NCBI RefSeq assembly: GCF_040938485.1
Contig: NW_027270944.1
Location: 806,001-870,000, forward strand
DNA from: Diadema antillarum
Lineage: Eukaryota
Length of the DNA stretch: 64,000 bases
Reading direction: 5' to 3'
Part shown: positions 1 to 10,000 of the stretch, piece after piece
Layout: the number at the start of each line of letters is the position of its first letter
Position numbering within the stretch: the first letter of the stretch is position 1
Program-made: the position numbers and the translations under genes
The notes under the pieces: model-generated
The model's database searches: none
What the model saw: only the letters and a program-made list of their open reading frames with translations
Told to the model about the DNA's origin: nothing

Positions 1-266
1 ATATATTTTTTTTTTGGGGGGGGGGGGGTCGGGCGTCGTGATCTACTTTTGATAACTAGGTTCACAACAGTATTTGTTTTACTAGAAAAAAATGAGTGGC
101 ACGATCATGATAATTATATAGATCTTGTACACCTAAATATTAGAATGTGACAATTATAATGATATCTTAGATATTTGTGTTTGTGTGTGCGTGTGTCTGT
201 GTGTCTGTCTGTTTCTGTGTGTGTTCAAACATTAATCGTCTCTAGCGTTATGTCTCGTTTACATAG

Positions 267-375
267 GGATTGGTGGTGGACGACAAACGACTGCAGAGCA
301 ATGTATGCTACCTTCACCCACGTGACCTGTCGATGCGATCAGCTGACCACCATTGCTCTGAAGCGGGCGCCAAAG
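267..375 (+). CDS. aGPCR exon: GPS motif and Stachel region
   Basis: acatag|G GAT TGG TGG TGG...CCA AAG|gttgtt; DWWWTTNDCRAMYATFTHVTCRCDQLTTIALKRAPK. Confidence 0.85.
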
Positions 376-376
376 G

Positions 377-418
<42 letters not shown>

Positions 419-3400
419 TTATGTTGGTTTTTTTCTCTCCTTCTTCTTTTTCTTCCTTCTCCAATAATGACTTCGATGTCTGCTTGAGGTTTTTACATTG
501 CTCGCCCTTGTAATGTGTCATACAAGAATGAATGGAAAATAGTGTGTGGCAAAGATGTATACTATGGCATATGCATTGTACGGATTTAGATCTACTGATT
601 TGTGTGCATGTGTCGTTGTTCCAGTCACGACGTCTACGACAAAAACACGTCAGAAAGAGAATGGAATCACTTTACAAACGAAGGGATTATCACTATATAT
701 AGGTGGACATTTTAGAAAAAAACAGCAACCAAGAAATGCACTGAGATAAATGTTACCACCTCAAAGAAATGATACTGTCTTTATGAAGTAGGTGGAAGGA
801 ACTGCAGTTTATGTCTATAGTCTAGAGGGATACAGTATTCATAGGCGTATCTCTAGTGTCATTTTCTTCTTAACACAATAAATCGCTACATTTGCCTTTA
901 ATAGTTCATACTTAATTAAAAATTAATAGTTCATACTTAATCAACTGATTTACCCTTTAGCAAGCTCTATATTGTTTCGTCAAAGACTTATACGTATATA
1001 GCTTCACCATATCTAAAATAGATATTAAAGTATGCGTATGCATATCTGCGAAATAATTATCCAATGCATTTACACACAACACATTTACACACACTTGCAG
1101 ACGCAAACACCAACTTCTTTGACCATCTCAACATATCATGTCTTGCCCCCCCCCCCCCTCTCTCTCTCTCTCTTTCTCTCTCAGCACTACAAGCTCGAAG
1201 GTATTTACCTCCTCATCTCCCACATTGTCGAGAAATGTTTGGGCGCCTTGTCGGTCATTTGTGTCCTCATCATGATGCTGGTCTTCTTCACCAGCGGGTT
1301 AGTGGAAAATGTTTAAATTCCTTGGTATCAGCAAAGGGTGATAAGCTCAACAAGCATAATAAAGGGATAGTAATACTATAATTTTGGTTGAGATGGGGCT
1401 TCAGGTTTCCAACTCCTTTGTGAGATAATGATAAAACCTCGTATGAAAAGAGTATACAATTCTAAGAGAAATTCAGAGTTCATTTGATGAAAATTGTTTT
1501 TGAAATGGCTGAGATACCAACCACAAGGAGGTCGTAATAAAAGATGGGACCCACTTTTTCTTACAACTGTAACATTAAGACCAAAAAGTTAAAATCTGAA
1601 ACCCCCATCTCAACCGCACTCATATCAGCCCTCTAATGAGAGAATCTCCAACCTTTCCTCTAGTTGGCTTTCATGTGAAGTCAGACAAACAGTAACAAAG
1701 AAAGTTTCATAGATACATGTATATGCAAATTAGATGCTGTCAGCCCCTCAGTGGCTCGTACATAAACAAAGCATAACAAGATAACAGTTATCATCATTAT
1801 TATTATTATGTCCTGTTTTCAGACTCCTAACTGGTTAATTGTTGCAACTCATATAAGGCTTTTGATAAACTAGTGTGCATGGTGTCAGGCAACAATGTAC
1901 CTACACGATAGCGCGCGGGAACTGCACAGAAACCCGAAACTTAAATCGTCATCTATACAATGTATTATGATCTATAATATATACAAACACAACATAGTTT
2001 TGAAGCATTTTGCTTGCTCGAATTTCAAAGATAGGGAAGGAATTCATACTCTATGTTTTATTAGGGACAACTTTGAGCAAAGAAAATGGTTTTCCATCGG
2101 GATTTATTTTGATCCCGAGACCTCCGGATCGCTAGACCGGTGATCTACCGACTGAGATATAGAAAGCCCTACTACAGTGTTCGTCCCATAAACCTATGTT
2201 TCATTTACATATACTTTCATATAAGCTGTTGTCCATGTCCACCATGTGACGTCACTGACCTCTGACATTTAATCCCTGATGGATTTTAGCGCTTGGGAGT
2301 CCCAGCTGGCAAAGATACAGATTTACATAGCCGTCACCATCGCGGCTGCCCACATCACGTCCCTGGTTGGATTCAACTTTACCGGTAACTTGGTGAGTGG
2401 GTTATCATCATCATCTAAAGACGTAGTGCAAACAGGACGTTCATTATTACTATTACGACTTTTCCCATCTCAGTTATACAGTGCTGTAATTGCAGTTATG
2501 CATGCCCACCCCCTGTCCTGTTGACGTTTTATACCCTTATGAGCCTTATCTCAACTATAATCAAGTTCGAAGTTAGCAATGGTTGAAAATACTGAATGAC
2601 CGCGAGTTTTAAACCATCCAAATAAAACAGTTGTAAAGCTACATATCACCCACTAATGTAATCCAACTTGTTTTTTTGTGTTAACGAGCTCCCTTAGAAT
2701 GTTTAAAATGTTCTGTCACAATGCAAGGCAAGGAAACAGTTCAGTTAATGTCCATGACATCGCGTATTACGATTATTTTGTATCTCATTATGTTGGCTTG
2801 CCTTGACCTTAATCTGCTCATGCGCAGAATGTAACTTAGAACTTTTTTTTTTTATTAACGAGCCCCATGACCAAATATTGAACTGGGCATTGTACACGCT
2901 TTCTTATAATCCGTTTTAAGTAAATATTATGAACTTTCTTCACTTTTTTAATTAAATATTCACACATAACTAATGACTTTTGATACTTTTCAGAGCGTCT
3001 GTTCGGCCGTAGCGGCAGTTCTGCAGTACCTGTTTACCGTCTACGCGATCTGGCTCGTCGTACACACAGCCGTACTCCTGCATACGTGCTACGTCCACGG
3101 AAAACCGCGGGAATACTCGCTCATTGCAGTTAAGGCGCCCAAGGGTGAAAACACGGAGAAGGTTGGCTTGGTCCGGATCTTCCTTGCTGCTTGGGGTAAG
3201 AGAAATTTGGTCTTTCCACTTTGGGACCATTCGAGAAAGTTTTCAATCATTTGACATCCTAGGTAATCTTAGTTAATCCTATAATCCGCTCGTCGCGTGC
3301 TAGTCCACAAAGTTTATTTATCAAAACCAGTATGATGATTTCGATAATCAAATATAATTTCATTTTAATACACATTCCACTGAAATATTTTCCTTTTTGT

Positions 3401-6400
3401 GAATGTATCTTTTTTTTGCATAAATCTTCTGCTGAAATTTTACTTTAAGTTGTCTACAAAATGGAAATGATAGGAAAAACGTTTTGGCGTTTCTTAAAAC
3501 TAACTAAATAGAATACTGATGGGATGATAAAGTCTTTGAAGGTTTGCATGGAAGCAGAAGGTTTAGTACATGTAGTACATATTATTGTAGAAGGCTTCAC
3601 TGTATACCACGTATTCTTTCTTGGGCGTGTGTGTGCCCAACCCCGACTGTTTTTATGTTATCACAATTATGTTCACTTTTTGAGTTTCAGTTGGAATTAG
3701 GATATAGAAATATACAACAATGATGTAAAATCGATGATAGTATTTTTCGTTACCATTAGAGGGCATTTTTATAAAATCGGCCTCATCTTTTCAAACAGTT
3801 AATCATCTCACAAGAACCGAACAATAATTATGATACTTATGCCCTATACTTAACTATGGGCAAGGGAAACTATCCATAAGTTCACAGGATGAGATGAATG
3901 GAATTTACGTCACAGATTATCTCGTTCGACGCAACAGGTGCTCCTCTTATCGTGGTGGTGATACTCTTCACGGAGATTCCCTACGCCTTCGGGACACCAG
4001 AGAGGTGGGTGTGTTACTCTCAAATACGAATATCTATTGAAAGGAAGCAGGGAAAGTTATAGGCGTGGCTAGGTTTCAGTGGGTATATTTGTGGTCAAAC
4101 TTTAGGTTCGTTCAATGGACCTCAATCAAGGTTGCACTGTAAAACAAAACAAACCGATTCATTTTAGCAACATTTTGCTTAAAATCATGTAATCATTGTT
4201 TTTTATATCCTTTGACCTGTGCTCGTTGTCGCGTTACTCAAGCCGCTGGTCGTTTTGCTCATCCTGTGTATAAATGCGTATAAGTTTAATTCATACCAAC
4301 CAGATGACTGCCAAGTACAGGATAGTTATCTTTGCAGATTTGACAGTCAAGAGGATGATTAAAATTCAATATTGGTCATTTTATTTTCTCAAGCTGTTGG
4401 CTGCTGTTTACCGAGCTGGTGTACAAGACATTCCTTGCATCAGTCTGGTTCGCTGCGATGGTAAGAATTAACCCAGATGATACTAAAATAATGATCTATT
4501 TAGATTAGAGGGTCAAGATTACAGCGATAGGACATTTGATTTAATCATACACATTTCAGGAGCATGTATTCTGTACGTGTGTTCTTTTTTCTATTTTTAT
4601 TTTTATTTATTTTTTTTTTTTTTGGGGGGGGGAGAATGCATGTTTACCTTACTCCGTTTCCTCATTCAGAAGTCTCCTTGGGCCGATTTTTATCAACAAA
4701 AAAACAATAAAGTATTATGTCCGCAATATCTTTGAAACAAGGTCATAACCTGTGTGTGCGTGTGTGTGAGGGTGTGTGTACGTGTGTTTGTGTTTCCACA
4801 CCTTTACATTTATTCTATTGTAAGTTCGATGAGTTGAGCGGCCCACATTCCTACAAGCTTGTCTTTTACGTGGGTCCCTCTTTTCCATTAACGCAATTAT
4901 TTTGAACAATTAGTTCTATATACGCATATTCTTTTGTTGCAATATTGTACGTTTTGGTTATTTTCAATCCGTATCGATAACAAACATGTGCTATTGGAAA
5001 TAAGATTTCATTTGAATTGAATTGAATTGAATTGCTTTGCGTTCAATCGAGACTATGTAAAGTTTCTGATTGATATTTTGTTTATCCAAATGATCTTCTT
5101 GTATTAATAAATAATAACAGAAGAAAACGTGCATTGTTCCCTCCAGGTGAATTTGGTGCTGGCTTGTGTCACGGGTTATTACTTTCAGAAGACTGAAAGC
5201 CAATCCAAGGCTAACGATGACGAGTACGCCATGTGGCTGGACCGATTGTGGAGCAGACTGAGGTACGGACCTGATTTCCCGCCAAAATAATCTCAACCAT
5301 TAGTCATTATGATTCTCCTTTGTGAGGTGATGCATCTCAGAAACGTCAGGCAGTCCATTGTTCTCGTTTTCTGCAGTTCTGAAGTTGCTCCGTCCGCCTC
5401 TTCATTTTTCTTTTCTCGACTTTTTCCTCTCTGCTTTATCCTGTCACTCTCTTTCATCATTATTATCATATTAGTCATTTCTTCATCATCGTTACAATCA
5501 TTCTCTTCATTGACATCGTCACCTATTCGTTCTGTTTCACCTTTACAATCTTCACGATCTTCACAGTAAACTTTACACAGGGGTCTGCATGTAGCATATA
5601 ATTTTCCAATCAATAGGTACTTTTGTGCCAATCGCCAGTATACGGTTTTACAAGTTTTGCAAGTTTTGGCAAGTAAAATAAATGTTGATCGTTAAAATAA
5701 TATGGGATTATTCGTCTAGGCTGTACCTACCATCTTCGGTAATCCTGACTTTCACTCTGGCCACCACTTGGACATTCCACGCCCTCTACAAGATGAACCC
5801 ACTGATGACGTACCAATACTTGTTCCAAGTATTCAACATGTCCCAGGTAAGCTGCGTGCCTCTGACCCTATGAGGGCAACCTAATAGTATCCTTCTGTTA
5901 CATTTCATCTTTAAGAGAAGAAAAACTAAAAGAGTATGAACAGTGACGTCTGTAATAAAAAGATAATGTAGTCATAGCGATCTCAAAAATCTATACGCGG
6001 TAAAATGAAATGCGACGTCAAGGAAAGCTTTCTTATGTAAGTATCCTCACGTAACACTATTATTATTGTCTTGTCATTTTCGCTGAGTGTGTGGTTGTAC
6101 GAATAAGAAAATTTCATAGCCACGGCTTACAAAAATAAGATGATCGTTGCACTGATTGTTTGCACAATACTAGACATATTCAAATATCACAAAATAATAT
6201 CATAATGGTGCTCTTTCCTTTATTTATATTATCTTTTCCCAAAAAAAAAAAAAAAATTGAGCGGAAGCAACTGAAATCTTTTTGCCTTCACTTTTAGATG
6301 TAGTATGATGGGGAATGTTGTTCCCGCATCATTGTTCAACATTTTTAAAAATGCTGTTTTCTCTCTCTTTGTTTTGTTTTGTTTCTGCCGAGCACGGATA

Positions 6401-7028
6401 TTACTTTACTTGTCATCAGATTTTTGATAAGTCTATAATTTTTAGTTATCACGATATTCTGTGCTTTGATTTTCCGCAGGGTACACTGATGTTTGTGTTC
6501 TTCTGCATGCTGAACCCAGAGGTAAATCAACACTTCAAATTCAAATTTAAAAACTTTGTTTTCATTTTCTCATTACTTTGTTGTTTATACTATGTGTGCA
6601 AAATATTGCCAATGATGATATTGTCTGTTGTTACATATTCCAATAGACAAATTACTTTGGTATACTCTCGTAATTATCAAGGAGGTGCTGTGGTTCAGTG
6701 GATGACACCAGAGACTATCATTCACGCGGTCTCTGGTTCGAGACTTCTTCCTGCAGCGGTTGTGTCCCTTGACAAGACATCTTATCCCCATTACATGTTG
6801 CTTCCGAGTGGCCATGTGAAGCAATTTCATAATTCACATTTAAATTCAAAGCAAAGTGGGATCATTTTGATATATTGCCATTATTACCATTAGTATCGTT
6901 GTTCATGTTTTTTTTACCAGGTGCGCACAGTCATCTACCGTGGGTCAAGAAGCCGCTTGACCAATGACAATGGAACTTCCACTATGACCAATGACAATGG
7001 AACTTCCGTTATGACCAAGACAAAGTGA
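267..7028 (+). CDS. Adhesion GPCR (family B2, GPS + 7tm_2), 3' part. 10 exons: 267-375, 1185-1297, 2290-2392, 2994-3195, 3938-4004, 4394-4460, 5147-5262, 5720-5846, 6480-6521, 6921-7028 (stop TGA 7026-7028)
   Basis: All exons are AG/GT bounded with matching phases. Spliced translation: GPS 'WWWTTNDCRAMYATFTHVTCRCDQLTTIAL', seven hydrophobic segments, TM3 Cys (SVCSAVA), TM4 'AAWGAPLIVVV', ECL2 'CW', TM6 'LATTWTF', TM7/H8 'YLFQVFNMSQGTLMFVFFCMLNPEVR', matching the adhesion GPCR consensus (FNSLQGxxIFxxHCxLNxEVR). Subfamily cannot be assigned without the N-terminus. Confidence 0.93.
376..417 (+). repeat. (GTT)14 microsatellite starting at a splice donor
   Basis: Read directly from the sequence. 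Confidence 0.95.
1185..1297 (+). CDS. aGPCR exon: TM1
   Basis: (CT)n-tcag|CAC...AGC GG|gttagt; HYKLEGIYLLISHIVEKCLGALSVICVLIMMLVFFTSG. Confidence 0.88.
1360..1615. mobile_element. MITE family B, copy 1 (aGPCR intron)
   Basis: Inverted ends GGTTGAGATGGGGCTTCAG / CTGAAACCCCCATCTCAACC; shares AAAGATGGGACCCA and AAAAAGTTAAAATCTGAA with 50454-50788. Confidence 0.7.
2040..2169 (-). mobile_element. Degenerate tRNA-derived SINE head in an aGPCR intron
   Basis: Minus strand reads GGGCTTTCTATATCTCAGTCGGTAGATCACCGGTCTAGCGATCCGGAGGTCTCGGGATCAAA: tRNA-like A-box, T-arm lead-in and a decayed B-box; no complete cloverleaf. Confidence 0.6.
2290..2392 (+). CDS. aGPCR exon: TM2
   Basis: ttttag|C GCT...TTG|gtgagt; AWESQLAKIQIYIAVTIAAAHITSLVGFNFTGNL. 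Confidence 0.88.
2994..3195 (+). CDS. aGPCR exon: TM3, ICL2, start of TM4
   Basis: tttcag|AGC GTC TGT...TGG G|gtaaga; SVCSAVAAVLQYLFTVYAIWLVVHTAVLL...RIFLAAWG. Confidence 0.9.
3938..4004 (+). CDS. aGPCR exon: TM4/ECL2
   Basis: caacag|GT GCT CCT...GAG AG|gtgggt; GAPLIVVVILFTEIPYAFGTPE. Confidence 0.87.
4394..4460 (+). CDS. aGPCR exon: ECL2 (CW) and TM5
   Basis: ctcaag|C TGT TGG...ATG|gtaaga; CWLLFTELVYKTFLASVWFAAM. Confidence 0.87.
4838..5034 (+). mobile_element. LINE 3' end fragment with (TTGAA)n tail
   Basis: GCCCAC..TACAAGCTTGTCTTTT..GTGGGTCCCTC..TTTCCAT motif shared with 27037 and 51058(-); ends AAATAAGATTTCAT(TTGAA)n. Confidence 0.6.
5147..5262 (+). CDS. aGPCR exon: end of TM5 and ICL3
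   Basis: ctccag|GTG AAT TTG...CTG AG|gtacgg; VNLVLACVTGYYFQKTESQSKANDDEYAMWLDRLWSRLR. Confidence 0.87.
5720..5846 (+). CDS. aGPCR exon: TM6 and TM7
   Basis: gtctag|G CTG TAC...CAG|gtaagc; LYLPSSVILTFTLATTWTFHALYKMNPLMTYQYLFQVFNMSQ. Confidence 0.9.
6480..6521 (+). CDS. aGPCR exon: end of TM7
   Basis: ccgcag|GGT ACA...GAG|gtaaat; GTLMFVFFCMLNPE. Confidence 0.9.
6681..6830 (+). mobile_element. Degenerate tRNA-derived SINE in the last aGPCR intron
   Basis: A-box TGGTTCAGTGG (6691), B-box GGTTCGAGACT (6735), then 'GTTGTGTCCCTTGACAAGACATCTTATCC', similar to the CORE-type 'GTGxCCTTGGGCAAGxCACTTAACC'. Confidence 0.65.
6921..7028 (+). CDS. aGPCR terminal exon: helix 8 and short C-tail
   Basis: taccag|GTG CGC...AAG TGA; VRTVIYRGSRSRLTNDNGTSTMTNDNGTSVMTKTK*. 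Confidence 0.87.
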   Translation: MRTVIYRGSRSRLTNDNGTSTMTNDNGTSVMTKTK

Positions 7029-10000
7029 TGATCGGCACCCATGCTCCAGCAAACAGAGTGAGACTGTTACTCATCAACCTCTACCGCCTTGATATGATAC
7101 TAAATGGCCTGTGTATACCATGGTCTTAAATGTCACTATTCTTTTTTTTTCTTCAATTATCTTGTATTACAATCTGCTCCGCGGTAACTGTTATGCACCC
7201 GACTGAGGCGCTTGTGACTGTAGAGGACTTGCTTCATACATTCTTTGCAGATCGAGATTCTCTCAGTACCCTTTTATTTTATCTCTATGGTATATTTCAC
7301 TTGAATATGCAGTGTTAGTAAGTGGTTGCGGAACATGATTGGATAATATTATGTCTTTACCTTGTCCTAGATTATTAATTTCATTTAATCAAATCTTGAT
7401 GTGATAACGTTGTTGTAGGTTTTGCTTTCTTACCACATTTTTGGAGTTGCTATGGATAATTTTTGATTTAGAGGTGCACATCAAATTTTGTGAAAACCGT
7501 GTGCAGTGCAATTTTCATCTCTCACAACTGTGGCAAATCGAATTATTATGCAGTACCATTGAGCATCTTTCACTAAGTATGTCGACGTTGACTTTGTGTT
7601 TAATTCTTGTTGGATGAAATGCAGAAAAAAAATCGAATATTTGTGATGCGTGGAGAATTTTAATTAATAGGAAAGTCTTTCTTGTGATTCTGAACTCTGT
7701 TCGTAATTATTCCGTAGATTTTTGTAGCCAGTTTTATGCTGTGCGCATTTTAGACGACTACAAAATAAGTGAAGAGTTCATCGCAAAGCGAGCTAACTCA
7801 TTTCTTGTTAAGTTGAGATATTGGCGATTAAAGCTGCTAAAAGAACATAGAAAATAATACAAAAATACGGGATATTTTTAATCATAAGTTCAAGAAAAAT
7901 CCTTGTTATGTTACAAGTTAGGTATCACTGAAAAGATTTTATTTTCGTTCTAAGGATGAAATAATTTTAAAATGTTTAAAAATGGTGCTTCGCCGATTTT
8001 GCGATAAACTCTTCAAAAAAAGGCAATCGAGAGCACATATAGACTGTAAAATGAATACACGTGACTGAGACCATGATTGACGTTTTTCCTCCTTTTTCGA
8101 CACTCGTTTTTACTCATCACTTTGTCACAAAGCGTTATATCAGATGTCACGGAAATATAGTTTTACACCCAGTAGTAGTAGTAGTAGTAGTAGATTTTTT
8201 TCTTACAGAAGCATGGTATCAAATGGGTACATGACAAAGACGACGTGAGGATTATACATTCATACATAGAGAGATAACTTGAAGTTTGTCAGCAAGAGTT
8301 CTAGAATTAAAGAGCAAGTCATTGATATCAAATGATAATAAAAAAGATGTCGACATTCTGACACCTTGTCTATTTTGTCGTCATAATCTTCTCTCCCATG
8401 CATGTGCACAAGCATTTAATCTGTGGTAAGTTTGAGGAAAGTGATGTGGAGTTGACATCATTGGGTCATCCTTCCTGCCTGCCCAGTTTATGTTCGGGCG
8501 AAAGTCGCCCTTTCACAGACAGATGTGGCAATATTTTATATACACACAATTTTTGGACCATCACCCATATAAAGGGAAAATGACACAACAACCAAACTAT
8601 CCCACAGAAATGTACCGGCCACCGACAAATTTGTTTACAATCAATATTCAACAAAGAGTTACGATCAGATACCGCTTTCTTTACACGACCCCTCCCCCCC
8701 CACCTATAAAACAAAAACAAAATACGAATAACAAAGTTGTAAAAACCATATCGCATGAACAAGTTCAAGGAGAAGAAATTGCCAAACACCATGTAATAAG
8801 ATGTCTGGATTTGAATAAGCTAAAACACTGGATTATCGCGACAGTAAGCGATGCTTACTCAACACATTGTACCTTATTTGTTGGTTTATTTTTGTTTATT
8901 CAATCACAGCGAGGTACCATACTACATGGTGTCTGTGCCTACATCATTGTTGATAATCATTCTGCCACAGGAAGTTGAATGCACGCATGATATATGCCTA
9001 ATTAATGGCGTCACAAACGCTTGGATGAGTGGCAGAGGAAAAAAAACCCTACAACAACAATTACATAATTTCATCATTACACGTCGCCCATTCAGCAGAG
9101 AAAGAACGCATTGTCTTCATGCCTACAATAACAAAGAAAAAAACAACATTTATATTCTAACTCTTCTCCGATGTAAACGCTTTATCATTCATACAGTACA
9201 TTCGGATTTATATTTAGAACGCCTCTATACTTATAAATGTTGTTAACGATGATTACCAATCAACGTATTACATTGTAGAAAGAAAAAAAAAACTTTCTCC
9301 TCATGAAAAATCGATATAAGTACAATACCCAAGCGCCACCTCTATCCCACATCGATATACTAGGCATCGGGGTGGTTTTTTTTTTTCTAGAATTCACATG
9401 AACCAAACTTTTTCAGGGATTTTATCGTTGTTTGCGTCCTATTGACCGAGTAAAGAATTACAATGAGAAATAGACACATTGATTCTCTCTCTCTCTCCTT
9501 ATGTAATTAAGCCATGAATTCCAGAGCTGGTTACATCTGTAATTGCTAGTGAAATAGTATACTATAAAGTGCACGAACGGGGCCGAAACAGCCCGTCTAC
9601 TCTACAAAAACGGATGAATACAATTAATGCCAGTTCTTACTTCGTCTGCCACAGTTGGGCGACTCACGAATACAATTACGCTGCAAAAGAGAAAGGTAGA
9701 AGCAACATTTTCTTGATACCACATGTATTCCTGTCTGTCTTGGATTCTGCGTCTATTTGTTAGCTCGCCCTATACACTGAGAGGAAAGCTCAATTTTTCC
9801 ACAAAGTTCAGTCAGGTTTTTACATGCGATGCCATAAGATGAGTATGCACAAGTTACATCCTATCTACTGAATTGATAAAACATTCAAATATCACGAGCT
9901 TCTCCCCATTAACTGTGTTAATAAAGTACATTTTATTTACAATTGAATGTTTGTACCTACCTACAAATTCTTATATCACAAGCCAAGAAACTTGTTGATT

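Noticed and set aside
6315-6893. 192-aa plus-strand ORF
   Set aside because: Contains just the 14-codon aGPCR exon (6480-6521) plus intron and SINE sequence.
9331-9346. CTCF-like motifs (also about 56530 and about 57480)
   Set aside because: Only partial consensus matches; not supportable without ChIP data.
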